From the NCBI GenBank assembly GCA_963931425.1, contig OZ007015.1, positions 1,517,268 through 1,581,267 of the forward strand: a stretch of DNA of 64,000 nucleotides, read 5' to 3'. Both the position numbers and the translations under genes were made by a program. Below the pieces are notes generated by a model that worked only from the letters and a program-made list of their open reading frames with translations, searched no databases and had not been told where the DNA came from. Shown here one piece after another: positions 1 through 10,557 of the stretch. Numbering within the stretch: position 1 is the stretch's first letter; each line of letters starts with the position of its first letter. The stretch is from Prevotella sp. CAG:1058. GTDB lineage: Bacteria > Bacteroidota > Bacteroidia > Bacteroidales > Bacteroidaceae.

Positions 1-12
1 CTGGCGGCTTTG

Positions 13-120
13 TTAATGTGTTGATATTCAACGAGTTGCAATATGCCGTCTTTTGGCTTGTAAAAGGCGGCATATTGCACGCTAAAAGGCGGCCTTTCGC
101 AATGCAAAAGACCGCCTTTC
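13..120. repeat. Dispersed 22-bp-period palindrome array, copy 1 (anchor palindrome 13-39, then 4 units at 40, 62, 84, 106)
   Basis: Units AATATGCCGTCTTTT, AAAAGGCGGCATATT, AAAAGGCGGCCTTTC, AAAAGACCGCCTTTC are spaced exactly 22 bp apart and directly follow TGATATTCA-ACGA-GTTGC. Confidence 0.9.
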
Positions 121-145
121 ATAAATGGCCGGGTTGTGTGTTGTC

Positions 146-676
146 TTAAAGTTCGTGCAGCTCTTTCAGCTTGGCGGCGAGCTTTTCAATCATGACCGTC
201 GAGAGTATTATCTGCCCCTGGCGGTCGATCAGGTACATTGCCGGTATCCACTGTATGTTGTACTGCTTCGATATCTCTGTCTGTTTCCACTTCTTCAGTT
301 CGCTTAGGTTGAGCCAGTCCATGCCGTTGACCTCGATGTAGTTGGTCCATTTTGCTTTGTCGTCGTCGAACGACACGCTGACAAACTTGATGTTCTGCCC
401 GTATTTGGCGTAAAGTTCCTTAAGCATGGGCGTGTCCTTGCGGCAATCCGGGCACCATGATGCCCAGAAGTCGAGCACGACGTAGCTGCCGCGCAGCGAC
501 GACAGGCTGTGGCTGGTGCCGTCAGGGGCGGCCAGGGTGAAGTCGGGTGCTGTTGTACCGGGTTGCAACAGGTTCTTGGCGTATTGGGCGTCGGCGTCCT
601 GTGCCGCTGCGCCTACGGTCATGGCCAATGCAAGGGCCACTGACATGAAGATGCGTTTGATTGTCATAAATTTCAT
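146..676 (-). CDS. TlpA/ResA-like thiol-disulfide oxidoreductase (AhpC/TSA family) with signal peptide
   Basis: Motif VVLDFWASWCPDC, APDFTL, WIPAMYLID, hydrophobic N-terminus. Start could be 697, 676 or 667. Confidence 0.9.
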   Translation of the reverse strand: MKFMTIKRIFMSVALALAMTVGAAAQDADAQYAKNLLQPGTTAPDFTLAAPDGTSHSLSSLRGSYVVLDFWASWCPDCRKDTPMLKELYAKYGQNIKFVSVSFDDDKAKWTNYIEVNGMDWLNLSELKKWKQTEISKQYNIQWIPAMYLIDRQGQIILSTVMIEKLAAKLKELHEL

Positions 677-770
677 CGTTTTTGTTTGTTTGAACATTAA
701 TTTATTGCGCCTTGGCGGTAAGGCAGTGCGGTGGCAGGCTCCTGCCTGTGTGGATTCGGCTTTGCCGGAG

Positions 771-1667
771 TCAGTTCTTGACCATCCTTGTATCTGCTCC
801 CCACATCATTTTCTCGCGCAGCGTGGAGAAGTAACGCTGGTTGCTGCGCTTCACAATCCTTGCCGAATAGGGTGCCTTGGTTATGGTCAGCCGGGCGTTC
901 TCAGTGCATTTGCCCGATTGTCCGTCGACGGCTATCAGGAAGTTGTGGCTGCGGCTCTCAACGGTCAGCGTTATCTCGGAGTCGTCGGGGATGACTATCG
1001 GGCGTACGTTGAGGCTGTGTGGTGCTACGGGCGTAAGGCATAGCGTGCCCGTGCGCGGCACTATTATGGGGCCGCCGTTTGACAGCGAGTAGGCCGTAGA
1101 GCCTGTCGGCGTGCTTACGATGAGGCCGTCGGCCTGGTAGGTCACGAGGTATTCGCCGTTTATTTCGGCGTGTATCGTAATCATCGACGCCGTGTCGCGC
1201 TTGAGTACGGCTATGTCGTTAAGCGCGCAGTCGGGGCATACGGGTTCGCCGCCCTCAACCTCGACGCGTATCACCGAGTGCGGCTCTATGGCGTAGTCGT
1301 CTTCGTACAGCGAGTTGATGGCGCTTTCGATCTCGCTCGGCACGATGTCGGCGAGGAAGCCCAGGCGGCCCATGTTGATGCCGAGTATGGGCGTGCCCTT
1401 CGAGCCTACGAGCCATGCGGCCCTGAGCAGGGTGCCGTCGCCGCCGAGCGAGATGACGAAGTCGGCCGTAAAGTCGCACCCGTCGAACACCTCGACGCAG
1501 CCCCGGGGTATCATGCCCGAACTTACCAGGAAATCGTAAAAGGCCTTTTCCATGCACAAGTCGGCGCCGTGTGCGGCCAGGCATTCCATAATCTTCAGGA
1601 TGTTTGCCGACTTGCGGCTCTGGTAAATGTTTCCGAACAGGGCGAACCTTAACTTACGTGACACCAT
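771..1667 (-). CDS. nadK: NAD kinase
   Basis: SLGGDGT, GINMGRLGFL, ALND, DGLIVSTPTGSTAYSLS motifs. Start MVSRKL chosen; the ORF track extends to 1724. Confidence 0.95.
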   Translation of the reverse strand: MVSRKLRFALFGNIYQSRKSANILKIMECLAAHGADLCMEKAFYDFLVSSGMIPRGCVEVFDGCDFTADFVISLGGDGTLLRAAWLVGSKGTPILGINMGRLGFLADIVPSEIESAINSLYEDDYAIEPHSVIRVEVEGGEPVCPDCALNDIAVLKRDTASMITIHAEINGEYLVTYQADGLIVSTPTGSTAYSLSNGGPIIVPRTGTLCLTPVAPHSLNVRPIVIPDDSEITLTVESRSHNFLIAVDGQSGKCTENARLTITKAPYSARIVKRSNQRYFSTLREKMMWGADTRMVKN

Positions 1668-1728
1668 GATTTTTGAGCTTTTAAATTTCTTTTTACACAT
1701 GTAATGCTTGGAAATGCCAAACATTTTG

Positions 1729-1763
1729 TAACTTTGCCGTTGGATAAGGCAAATGCAAAATTA
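1729..1763. promoter_or_regulatory. Divergent Bacteroidetes sigma-A -7 boxes for pdxJ (+) and nadK (-)
   Basis: TAACTTTG at 1729-1736 (+) and TAATTTTG at 1763-1756 (-) match the TAnnTTTG consensus. Confidence 0.6.
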
Positions 1764-1812
1764 CATATTTTGCCTGATAACAAACATTGCAGACATATTA
1801 AAAACGTAAAAA

Positions 1813-2526
1813 ATGACAAAATTAAGCGTAAACGTCAACAAAGTTGCCACTTTGAGGAATGCGCGTGGCGGTAACAACCCCAACGTGCTGCAAGTTGCGC
1901 TCGATTGCGAGAAGTTTGGCGCGCAAGGCATAACAGTGCATCCGCGCCCCGACGAAAGGCACATAAGATATAAGGACGTAAGGGACATAAGGCCCCTGGT
2001 TACGACCGAATTCAATATAGAAGGCAATCCTATCGAAAAGTACATCGACCTCGTGCTTGAGGTCAAGCCGACGCAGGTTACGCTCGTACCCGACGCCGAC
2101 AACCAGCTGACGAGCAACCACGGATGGGACACAAAGGCCAACGAGGGCTTCCTGACCGACGTGATAGGGCGCTTCAAGGAGGCAGGCATAAGGACTTCGA
2201 TATTCGTTGACGCAACGCCCGAAATGGTGGAAGCGGCCAAGCGCTGCGGCACCGACCGAGTGGAACTGTACACCGAACCGTACGCATCAGGCTACCTGCT
2301 CGACCGCGAGGAAGCCGTAAAACCGTTTGTAGAGGCGGCCAGGGTGGCGCGTGAAGTGGGTCTCGGACTCAATGCCGGGCACGACCTCAGCCTCGTAAAC
2401 CTGCACTATTTCCACCAGAACATACCATGGCTGGACGAGGTCAGCATAGGCCATGCGCTTATATGCGACGCCCTTTACATGGGATTGCACGACACGATAC
2501 AGGCTTACCTGGAATGCCTTAAATGA
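1813..2526 (+). CDS. pdxJ: Pyridoxine 5'-phosphate synthase
   Basis: [43 protein letters not shown]. Confidence 0.97.
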   Translation: MTKLSVNVNKVATLRNARGGNNPNVLQVALDCEKFGAQGITVHPRPDERHIRYKDVRDIRPLVTTEFNIEGNPIEKYIDLVLEVKPTQVTLVPDADNQLTSNHGWDTKANEGFLTDVIGRFKEAGIRTSIFVDATPEMVEAAKRCGTDRVELYTEPYASGYLLDREEAVKPFVEAARVAREVGLGLNAGHDLSLVNLHYFHQNIPWLDEVSIGHALICDALYMGLHDTIQAYLECLK

Positions 2527-2579
2527 AAGGCGGACAATATACACATATTATCTATTAACCAATTAAATCTAATTTGAAA

Positions 2580-3143
2580 ATGGCAAAAGTATATGAATTC
2601 CTGGCTACGGGCTTCGAAGAGGTAGAGGCCCTGATACCATTAGACATAATGCGCCGCGCTGGCGTTGACTTCAAGACTGTCAGCGTGACAGGTGAGAAGG
2701 TTGTTGAAGGCGCCCACGGCGTGAAGATTGAAGCCGACCTGCTGATCGAGGAAGCCGATTTCAGTGACGCTGACCTGCTGATGCTGCCCGGCGGACTGCC
2801 CGGCGCAACAAACCTGAACGAGCATGCCGGAGTGAAAAAGGCCCTCGTAGAGCAGAACATACGCGGCAAGATGATTGGAGCGATATGCGCCGCACCTATG
2901 GTGCTGGGCGGACTGGGCATGCTTGAAGGCAAGCGCGCCACATGCTATCCGGGCTTCGAGGAATACCTTGAAGGTGCCGAATACACGCACGAGCTCTGCA
3001 CCGTGGACGGCAATATAACCACGGGCGAAGGTCCGGCGGCTACGTTCCCCTATGCTTACAAGCTGCTCGAGGCCCTCACCGACAAGAAGACCGCTGACGG
3101 AATTGCCGACGGAATGATGTACAAACACCTTATGCTGAAATAA
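2580..3143 (+). CDS. DJ-1/PfpI (ThiJ/YajL) family protein
   Basis: GFEEVEA, LPGGLPG, AICAAP nucleophile elbow. Confidence 0.92.
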   Translation: MAKVYEFLATGFEEVEALIPLDIMRRAGVDFKTVSVTGEKVVEGAHGVKIEADLLIEEADFSDADLLMLPGGLPGATNLNEHAGVKKALVEQNIRGKMIGAICAAPMVLGGLGMLEGKRATCYPGFEEYLEGAEYTHELCTVDGNITTGEGPAATFPYAYKLLEALTDKKTADGIADGMMYKHLMLK

Positions 3144-3215
3144 ACACCGGTGTGACATACGCATTACCTACACCTACGTACGGCCGGCAATAAGGCCGCC
3201 ACGCCAATAAGGACA

Positions 3216-3257
3216 ACTGCGCCACGGACGGATGGAATCCATGCCCCGTGGCGCAGT
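3216..3257. other. Intergenic hairpin (12-bp perfect stem) between DJ-1 and ispD
   Basis: ACTGCGCCACGG ... CCGTGGCGCAGT with an inner ATGGA/TCCAT stem and no U-tract. Confidence 0.6.
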
Positions 3258-3304
3258 CGGTTCTATAAGCAAGCTGGAATGAAATTAACCAACAAAACGA
3301 AAAT

Positions 3305-3970
3305 ATGGACTATGCAGTGATTGTAGCCGGAGGAAAGGGGCTGAGGATGGGCGCAAGCATACCCAAGCAGTTCCTTCCCGTTAACGGTTTGCCGATATTG
3401 ATGCTTACAATAAAGCGTTTCAGGGAGTATGACGGGTCGTTGCGTATAATACTCGTGCTGCCGAAGGAACAGCACGAATACTGGAACGAACTGTGCAAGA
3501 ATTATCATTTTACCGACGCTTATGCCGTGGTCGAGGGTGGTGAGACACGCTTCCACTCGGTAAGGAACGGACTGGCCGCCATACCGGACGACACGCAGGG
3601 CGTGGTCGGAATACACGACGGCGTGCGCCCCTTCCCGTCGGTAGAGGTCATACGCGCCTGCTACGAGACGGCGAGGACGGCCAAGGCGGTCATTCCCGTG
3701 GTGCCGGTGGTCGAGACTGTGAGGCACATTGTGGCCGGTGGGAAAACCGAAACGGTTGACAGGGCTGACTACCGGTTGGTGCAGACACCGCAGACCTTCG
3801 ACATACAGATGCTCAAGCAGGCTTACGCACAGCCATACAGGGACTGCTTCACAGATGATGCTTCAGTGGTTGAAAGCGCCGGCCATGAGGTGACCCTTAT
3901 CGAGGGCAACCGTGAAAATATTAAGATAACAACGCCGTTCGACCTCCGCATAGCGCGGATTCTTGCCTGA
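3305..3970 (+). CDS. ispD: 2-C-methyl-D-erythritol 4-phosphate cytidylyltransferase
   Basis: [49 protein letters not shown]. Confidence 0.96.
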   Translation: MDYAVIVAGGKGLRMGASIPKQFLPVNGLPILMLTIKRFREYDGSLRIILVLPKEQHEYWNELCKNYHFTDAYAVVEGGETRFHSVRNGLAAIPDDTQGVVGIHDGVRPFPSVEVIRACYETARTAKAVIPVVPVVETVRHIVAGGKTETVDRADYRLVQTPQTFDIQMLKQAYAQPYRDCFTDDASVVESAGHEVTLIEGNRENIKITTPFDLRIARILA

Positions 3971-4091
3971 ACGGCAGCCGGCAAGCCGGCCCTGGCCGTC
4001 AGGCTTGTGGCTTCAGGCGGAGTCGGCAATGGCTTTCAGCGGCGCCATGCGCCGTCAACAATACTGACAATTACAACGACAAGAAAAGACA

Positions 4092-6191
4092 ATGCTCGAC
4101 ATCCTTGACCAAGACATACAGTTCCTGCCCGGTGTGGGGCCAAGGCGTAAGGCCCTGCTCGATAAGGAACTGGGCATAAAGATTTACGAAGACCTGCTTG
4201 AGCATTATCCTTACAAGTATATAGACCGCAGGCATATTTACAGGATAAGCGAGCTTACGCCCGATGCCGCGTCAGTGCAGATATGCGCAAAGCTGCTGAG
4301 CTGCGAGGTGTTCGACATGGGTTTCCACCGCTCGAGGCTTGTCGCCCATGTGTCTGACGGTAGCGGAATTGCCGACCTTGTGTGGTTCAAGAAGGGCGAA
4401 CACATACTGAAGCACCTCAAGGCCGGTACGCAATACATCATCTACGGCCGCCCGACTGTGTTCAGCGGGCGTTACCAGTTCGCCCATCCGGAGATGAAGC
4501 AGATGTCGGAAGTCGAACTTTCGCAGCTTGGCCTTCAGCCTTATTACAACACGACCGAGAAGATGAAGAACTCGGGACTTGACACCTGGGGCATGGACAG
4601 GCTTGTGAAGTCTCTTCTTGATACGCTTAAAAAGCCCATTACTGAAACTCTTCCGCCGTTCATGACGCAACGTTTAAACCTCATGTCGAGGGACGATGCG
4701 TTGAGGAAGATACACGTTCCAAAAAATCCCGACGACATACGGCATGCCGAATACCGCATAAAGTTCGAGGAAGTATTCTACGTTCAGCTCAACATACAGC
4801 GCTATGCCAGCTTCTGCAAGCGCAAGTACCGCGGCTACATGTTTACCAAAGTAGGCGCGTATTTCAACGGTTTTTATTACAACAACCTGCCTTTTGAACT
4901 TACCGGGGCGCAGAAGCGCGTCATCAGGGAAATAAGGCAGGACATGCGTTCGGGATGCCAGATGAACCGTTTGCTCCAGGGCGACGTTGGCAGCGGCAAG
5001 ACCCTTGTCGCCCTTATGTGCATGCTCATAGCGCTTGACAATGGCTATCAGTCGTGCATAATGGCCCCTACGGAGATTCTAGCGGAGCAACATCTTGAGA
5101 CGATAGTCTCCTTCCTTAACGGCATGGATGTCCGCGTGGAGCTGCTTACGGGCATGGTGAAGGGTAAACGGCGGCGCGAGGTGCTCGAAGGGCTTGCCGA
5201 CGGCAGCGTAGACATACTTGTCGGAACGCACGCCGTGATAGAAGACAGCGTGCAATTCGCACGCCTGGGCTTTGTCGTAATCGACGAGCAGCACCGTTTC
5301 GGGGTGGAGCAAAGGGCGAAGTTGTGGAACAAGAGCGACAATCCTCCCCATGTTCTCGTAATGACTGCGACACCTATTCCGCGCACTCTTGCCATGACCG
5401 TTTACGGAGACCTTGACGTAAGCAAGATTGACGAGCTGCCGCCGGGGCGCAAACCCGTGGTCACCCTGCACAAGTACGACGACCAGACGACAAGCCTTTA
5501 CGCAGGCATACGCCGTCAGATTAATGCCGGAAGGCAGGCTTACATCGTGTTCCCGTTGATTAAGGAGAGCGAGAAGATTGACCTTAAAAACCTCGAAGAA
5601 GGGTATGAAAGCCTGCGCGAGGCGTTCCCGGAGTTTAAGTTGAGCAAGGTGCACGGCCGCATGAAGCCGGTAGAGAAGGAAGAGGAGATGCGCCGTTTTG
5701 TCAGCGGCGAGACACAGATATTGGTCTCCACGACGGTCATAGAAGTGGGGGTTAACGTGCCTAACGCCACCGTTATGGTGATAATCAACGCCGAACGCTT
5801 CGGCCTTTCGCAGCTTCACCAGTTGCGGGGGCGTGTAGGTCGTGGTGCCGACCAGTCGTTCTGCCTGCTCGTAAGCAAGCGTAACATATCAGACGACACA
5901 CGCAAGCGGCTTGACATAATGTGCGAGACCAACGATGGATTCGAGATAGCCGAGGCCGACCTAAAGTTGCGCGGGCCAGGCGATCTGGAAGGTACGCAGC
6001 AGAGCGGGGTGGTGTTCGGTTTCAAAAAAGTAGACATACGCAAGGACGACCAGATAATACAACTGGCACGCGACGAGGCCCGTAGCATAGTGGCCGACGA
6101 CCCGCAGTGCTGTAAGAGCGAGTATTCAATGGTGTGGCAGAGACTCAAGGCGCTCCGCAAGAACCTCCCTTATTTCGGCGACATATCATAG
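4092..6191 (+). CDS. recG: ATP-dependent DNA helicase RecG
   Basis: LLQGDVGSGKT, DEQHRFGVEQR, MTATPIPRTL, QLHQLRGRVGRG, DLKLRGPGD. Confidence 0.98.
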   Translation: MLDILDQDIQFLPGVGPRRKALLDKELGIKIYEDLLEHYPYKYIDRRHIYRISELTPDAASVQICAKLLSCEVFDMGFHRSRLVAHVSDGSGIADLVWFKKGEHILKHLKAGTQYIIYGRPTVFSGRYQFAHPEMKQMSEVELSQLGLQPYYNTTEKMKNSGLDTWGMDRLVKSLLDTLKKPITETLPPFMTQRLNLMSRDDALRKIHVPKNPDDIRHAEYRIKFEEVFYVQLNIQRYASFCKRKYRGYMFTKVGAYFNGFYYNNLPFELTGAQKRVIREIRQDMRSGCQMNRLLQGDVGSGKTLVALMCMLIALDNGYQSCIMAPTEILAEQHLETIVSFLNGMDVRVELLTGMVKGKRRREVLEGLADGSVDILVGTHAVIEDSVQFARLGFVVIDEQHRFGVEQRAKLWNKSDNPPHVLVMTATPIPRTLAMTVYGDLDVSKIDELPPGRKPVVTLHKYDDQTTSLYAGIRRQINAGRQAYIVFPLIKESEKIDLKNLEEGYESLREAFPEFKLSKVHGRMKPVEKEEEMRRFVSGETQILVSTTVIEVGVNVPNATVMVIINAERFGLSQLHQLRGRVGRGADQSFCLLVSKRNISDDTRKRLDIMCETNDGFEIAEADLKLRGPGDLEGTQQSGVVFGFKKVDIRKDDQIIQLARDEARSIVADDPQCCKSEYSMVWQRLKALRKNLPYFGDIS

Positions 6192-6235
6192 GTTGCACGG
6201 CAGCCCAAGGCTTTTCAGCCGTTTGTATGACACAT

Positions 6236-6279
6236 AAAAAAACGTTCCCGCAGGCTGTTTTGCTTGCGGGAACGTTTTT
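6236..6279. terminator. Bidirectional intrinsic terminator between convergent recG and M16 peptidase
   Basis: AAAAACGTTCCCGCAGGC / GCTTGCGGGAACGTTTTT stem with A and T tracts. Confidence 0.85.
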
Positions 6280-6301
6280 GTTATAGTATGTAGGACTGTT
6301 T

Positions 6302-9136
6302 TTATTTAGCCTCTTTCTCAGGCAACATAATCACTTTGACGCTGTTTCCACCTTTGAAGATAACGTCCTTAACCATCTTGGCAACCTTCTCCGGAGTGAG
6401 TGCGTTAACCACATTCTTGTAGTTTGTGTACGTATCTACGCCGTATTCGTCAAGGTTGTTGATTGTGCTTACCCAGTAAGAGTTGGTCTTGGCGTTCTCG
6501 TCGGCACGCTTCAGCATGAGTTCCTTAACCTTGTTGAGCATGTCTGCGTCAACGGTAGTACAGAGTTTCTTGGCCTCTTCTTCCATAATCTTGATAGCCA
6601 TGTCGCTCTTCTCCGGGTCCATCGGGCAGATACCTACGAGTGCGGTGAACGGAGTGTCGCCTCCGAGTGAAGCCATTCCTGTGGCTCCGGCAGAGTAAGC
6701 GGCTCCTGCGTCCTCACGTATCTTCTTCAGGTAGATCATCTCAAGAACCTGTCCTGCTGCGCTTGCAGCCACTGCATTCTCAAGAGAATACGGGGTTGTG
6801 AGGTTGTACCAGTACATGTAGGCGTTGGCCTTCGGAGTCTCCATCTTGCGTGTGAACTTGTTTTCGGCGTTGCCCTTTGCGTAGGTTGAAACCTTCTTCC
6901 AGTTCTCCTTCTTGCCTTTGGCGGGCAGTGAAGCTATGTACTGCTCTATGAGCGGACGTATTGTAGCCTCGTCGAAGTTGCCCACGATGGTGAATGTGAA
7001 GTCGCCTGCGTCAGCTGTACGCTCCTTTGCAATCTGCAGGATGCGGTCGTAGTTAACCTTCTTGAGGTCTTCGAGCTTCAGTGTTGCGTAACGTGGATTG
7101 TGGCAGTAGAGTGTTGACATCAGCGAGTCTGAGAATGCTGCGTCGGGTGAGAGTGCCTGGTTCTTCAGCATGGTCTCGAGCGTGGTCATAAGCTGTGCGA
7201 AGCTCTTCTCGTCCTTCCTTACGTCGGTGAAGTAGAGGTAAGTCAGCTGGAACAGTGTCTCCAGGTCTTTCGGGGTAGAGCTTCCGCTGAGTCCTTCGTG
7301 TAGGTTGAACAGCTGGAGGTTGGCATTGGCCTGCTTGCCGGCGAGAGCCTTCTCGAGTTCGGTGTTGCTGAAGTTGCCAAGTCCACTTGCGCCGATAGCC
7401 ATGTCGAACACTTTTGCATTGACGATGTCCTCGTCGCCGAGCAGTGAAGAACCCCCCTTTGATGTAGCGTCGATTACAACTTCGTCGTCCTTGAAGTCGG
7501 TCTTCTTCAGCAATACGCGTGCGCCGTTAGAGAGTGTAAGCTCCTTGTAGCCGAGAGTATTGTTCTCCTTCTCGCCTGTTATCTTGCCTTTTGCAGGCAT
7601 TTTTGCGATGAGCGGCTCCTGCTTTACGTTGTCGACCCATGCGGTCAGTTTCTCGCCGTGTACGGTGTCGATGGCTTTCTTGATGCTTTCAGCAGTCGGG
7701 TATACGGTTCCTTCCTTCTCGGTGTTGAAGCTCATTACAACGAGGTTGGTGTCGGTTACGCTTACGAGTTCTTTCATCACTTCATTGATAGCCTCAACCG
7801 GAATCATCGGGCTTATCTGCTGCATTATTGCGTATTCGTCTTCGATTGACGGGATAGGTTCGTTGTCGATGAAGTTACGTGTGTAGAGTTCGCAGTAAAC
7901 GCCGTTCTCGCGCTTGTTGCGGTTGGTGTATACCTTCTCCAGCTGGCTCATGTATTCAGACTTCGCACGGACGAACTCTGTGGGGGTGAAGCCGAACATG
8001 GTGGCGCGCATCACTTCGCGTACTGCGGCTGAGATGGCAGCCTCGGTCTGTCCGGGCTTCGGGATGCATACTACTGCGAACGCATCCTTTGACTTTGCGT
8101 AGATGTAGTCGCCGTCGCTGACGTATGCCTGGAGGTAGGGGCATTCAGGATTCTGTCCTACTTCGGCAAGGCGTGCGTTGAGCATCTGCAGCGACAGGTT
8201 GAGCGCATACTGCTGAACCATGTATGCGAGGCTTGTCTTCATGCTGTCGGGCACGTCGTCGTGCTTGAACATTATCTGCACGATGTTGAACTGCTGCTCC
8301 TTGTCCTTGTCTACAACGATTATAGCCTCGTTGTTGTCGGGCACGGGTTCTGCAACCACCGGTGCTGCGTTGGGGGCGAGCTTGATGCCGCTGAACATTT
8401 CCTTTATCTTCTGTTCTGTGCGGTCAACGTCGATGTCGCCCACTACGATTATGGCCTGGTTGTCCGGGCGATACCACTTGTGGTAGTACTGGCGGAGCAC
8501 TTCGGGCTTGAAGTTCTTAACCACCTCCATCGTACCGATAGGCATACGGCGGCCGTACTTGCTGCCCGGATAGATTGTCTCCAGGTTGCGCTCCATCATT
8601 CTCTGCATTGGTGTAGAACGCATACGCCACTCGTTTTCAATCACGCCACGCTCCTTGTCTATTTCCTCGGTAGAGAGAGTCAGACCGTTAGACCAGTCCT
8701 TGAGCACGAGGAGACAAGAGTCGAGTGCCGCGATGTTCTTTGACGGCACGTTGTCTATGTTGTAAACGGTCTCGGCTATCGATGTGTAGGCATTGAGGTC
8801 TCGGCCGAACTCCACGCCGATTGAGCGCATATATTCGAGCAGCTTGTCGCCCGGATAGTTGTCCGAGCCGTTGAATGCCATGTGCTCCAGGAAGTGGGCA
8901 AGACCCCTCTGGCTCTCTTCCTCCTGGATTGAGCCTACGCGCTGTGCGATGTAGAAGTTGACACGATGTTCAGGATAGTCGTTGTGGCGGATGTAATAGG
9001 TAAGGCCGTTAGGCAGCTTGCCTATCCTTACAGCATTGTCGACCGGTATGGGCGGCATCTGCATTCCTTGCGCCATTACCGCTGCGGTGCCTGTAATGAA
9101 TAGCACGGCGGCGACGAAAAGATGTTTTATTTTCAT
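6302..9136 (-). CDS. M16 family (insulinase/PqqL-like) zinc peptidase, secreted
   Basis: Inverted zinc motif GLAHFLEHMAF, IGKLPNGLTYYI, second-half LTLSNGARV, signal peptide. Confidence 0.93.
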   Translation of the reverse strand: MKIKHLFVAAVLFITGTAAVMAQGMQMPPIPVDNAVRIGKLPNGLTYYIRHNDYPEHRVNFYIAQRVGSIQEEESQRGLAHFLEHMAFNGSDNYPGDKLLEYMRSIGVEFGRDLNAYTSIAETVYNIDNVPSKNIAALDSCLLVLKDWSNGLTLSTEEIDKERGVIENEWRMRSTPMQRMMERNLETIYPGSKYGRRMPIGTMEVVKNFKPEVLRQYYHKWYRPDNQAIIVVGDIDVDRTEQKIKEMFSGIKLAPNAAPVVAEPVPDNNEAIIVVDKDKEQQFNIVQIMFKHDDVPDSMKTSLAYMVQQYALNLSLQMLNARLAEVGQNPECPYLQAYVSDGDYIYAKSKDAFAVVCIPKPGQTEAAISAAVREVMRATMFGFTPTEFVRAKSEYMSQLEKVYTNRNKRENGVYCELYTRNFIDNEPIPSIEDEYAIMQQISPMIPVEAINEVMKELVSVTDTNLVVMSFNTEKEGTVYPTAESIKKAIDTVHGEKLTAWVDNVKQEPLIAKMPAKGKITGEKENNTLGYKELTLSNGARVLLKKTDFKDDEVVIDATSKGGSSLLGDEDIVNAKVFDMAIGASGLGNFSNTELEKALAGKQANANLQLFNLHEGLSGSSTPKDLETLFQLTYLYFTDVRKDEKSFAQLMTTLETMLKNQALSPDAAFSDSLMSTLYCHNPRYATLKLEDLKKVNYDRILQIAKERTADAGDFTFTIVGNFDEATIRPLIEQYIASLPAKGKKENWKKVSTYAKGNAENKFTRKMETPKANAYMYWYNLTTPYSLENAVAASAAGQVLEMIYLKKIREDAGAAYSAGATGMASLGGDTPFTALVGICPMDPEKSDMAIKIMEEEAKKLCTTVDADMLNKVKELMLKRADENAKTNSYWVSTINNLDEYGVDTYTNYKNVVNALTPEKVAKMVKDVIFKGGNSVKVIMLPEKEAK

Positions 9137-9272
9137 AAAATAAGGGTTTAAAATGGTTTGACAAATATAGTTTTTTCTTGTATTAACGCTGTTGGTTACT
9201 TGTTATATTTAATATATTTTATACTTTGCGGTCGCCCGGTGTCGCATTTAATCCTGCTTTGGCTCTATCCGG

Positions 9273-9485
9273 TCACGGCTCGTCGCTGTATTCAAGTATG
9301 TCGCCAGGCTGGCAGTCCAATTCGCGGCATATGGCCTCGAGCGTACTGAAACGTACGGCCTTGGCCTTGCCCGTCTTGAGTATTGACAGGTTGGCCTGCG
9401 TCAGTCCCACGCGTTCGGCCAGTTCGCCGAGCGGCATTTTGCGCTTTGCCATTTCAACGTCAAGGTTTACTATTATTCTTCCCAT
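9273..9485 (-). CDS. Xre/Cro family helix-turn-helix regulator (YozG-like), partner of DUF2975
   Basis: LAERVGLTQANLSILKTGKAKAVRFSTLEAICRELDCQPGDIL. Confidence 0.93.
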   Translation of the reverse strand: MGRIIVNLDVEMAKRKMPLGELAERVGLTQANLSILKTGKAKAVRFSTLEAICRELDCQPGDILEYSDEP

Positions 9486-9498
9486 GCCTTTGCGTTTG

Positions 9499-10146
9499 TT
9501 ATATTGTTAGTTCCTGTTCTTCCCTCATCTTCAGTCCTATGGCGAAGGCTTCGGCTATTACGAGCGAGAACAGTCCGAAAAGGATGCTCGTGAAGTCAGC
9601 CGCCGACTTGTAGTCGACCACGTATTCGCTCAGGCTGAATACCTGTTGGGCCTGGTATGCGTCGTAGCATCCGTCGGCGGTGACGATGGCTCCTGCCGCC
9701 ACGAGGCACCAGCCTGTAAGGCGCAGCAGCTTGATGTTTTTGTGGATGAATATCTGGTTGCGGTTGACATTGCGCACGAAGAAGATGAACGCCACAAGTG
9801 CTGTTACGGCCATGGCGCCGAACGCCAGGGTGTAAACCACCTTGAATATTGCGGCAAGGGTGTTGATTTTACCGTTGAGGGGCACTATGAGCTGCGTCGG
9901 CCATGCCTGCTGCGACTTGTTCGTGGCCTTGTCGGTGATGGTCTGTGCGGTGCGCGGCGACATTTCCGCAGGCAGCAGCGATATGTAGCAGTAGCGGCTC
10001 GGGTCTATTTGCGTTACGTCGCGCCTCTCTTCACCGTGGCGCATGCCGCTCGTGAAGCCTGTGATGAATGCGTTCGACATTGAAAAGATGTCGCAGGCAA
10101 TCACCGCGAATATCAGTACACAGAACAGTTTGAGTTTCTTTTTCAT
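9499..10146 (-). CDS. DUF2975-like membrane protein
   Basis: Four hydrophobic segments and C-terminal IAEAFAIGLKMREEQELTI, directly upstream of the Xre gene. Confidence 0.85.
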   Translation of the reverse strand: MKKKLKLFCVLIFAVIACDIFSMSNAFITGFTSGMRHGEERRDVTQIDPSRYCYISLLPAEMSPRTAQTITDKATNKSQQAWPTQLIVPLNGKINTLAAIFKVVYTLAFGAMAVTALVAFIFFVRNVNRNQIFIHKNIKLLRLTGWCLVAAGAIVTADGCYDAYQAQQVFSLSEYVVDYKSAADFTSILFGLFSLVIAEAFAIGLKMREEQELTI

Positions 10147-10276
10147 CGTCGTAGCTTTTTACCGTAGTCCCGCCACCGTCTTGTGTTGACGGCGGCGGAA
10201 TATCCGGCTGGTTGTCTTTGATTTTAGAGAGAGTAATATTATGTTATTTGTATTATTATTGATATTTGATTATTAT

Positions 10277-10360
10277 TTATCGTTTTTTCGATATGCAAAG
10301 ATATGCACTATTTTTTAAACGGCAAAATAAAAACGATAAAAATTTATCGAAAATCGATAA
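10277..10360 (-). promoter_or_regulatory. Promoter and candidate Xre operator(s) of the DUF2975-Xre operon
   Basis: -7 box TATCTTTG (10303-10296), -33 TTTG (10326-10323), and TTATCG-N5/6-CGATA(A/T) palindromes at 10277-10294 and 10344-10360. Confidence 0.65.
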
Positions 10361-10448
10361 TTTAGTTTAAATCCTGTCCTTTTGCCGTTTTCCCCTTGCG
10401 TTTGGCCTTGCCGGCAGTCGTACAGGCGTATTGCGCCATATGGTTTCC

Positions 10449-10557
10449 AAGAGGCCGCCTTTTAGGCTGCAAAAGGTGGCTTTTCGGGCTGTAAAAGGAT
10501 ACCTTTTGCAGCCTGAAAGGTTATGTATTGGAAACTGCCTGGTAATCACGTCGTTAC
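10449..10557. repeat. 22-bp-period palindrome array, copy 2 (units 10449, 10471, 10493, 10515; anchor 10531-10557)
   Basis: AAGAGGCCGCCTTTT, AAAAGGTGGCTTTTC, AAAAGGATACCTTTT, GAAAGGTTATGTATT, then GAAAC-TGCC-TGGTAATCA-CGTC-GTTAC. Confidence 0.88.

Noticed and set aside
40-120. 22-bp arrays as mini-CRISPRs
   Set aside because: The spacers are only 7 nt and the units diverge among themselves, which is incompatible with CRISPR geometry.
10367-10549. Small ORFs over the repeat elements (also 125-307, 27302-27592, 33799-33987, 40796-41056)
   Set aside because: They are translations of the non-coding palindrome arrays, with no RBS or promoter support and no protein-like features.
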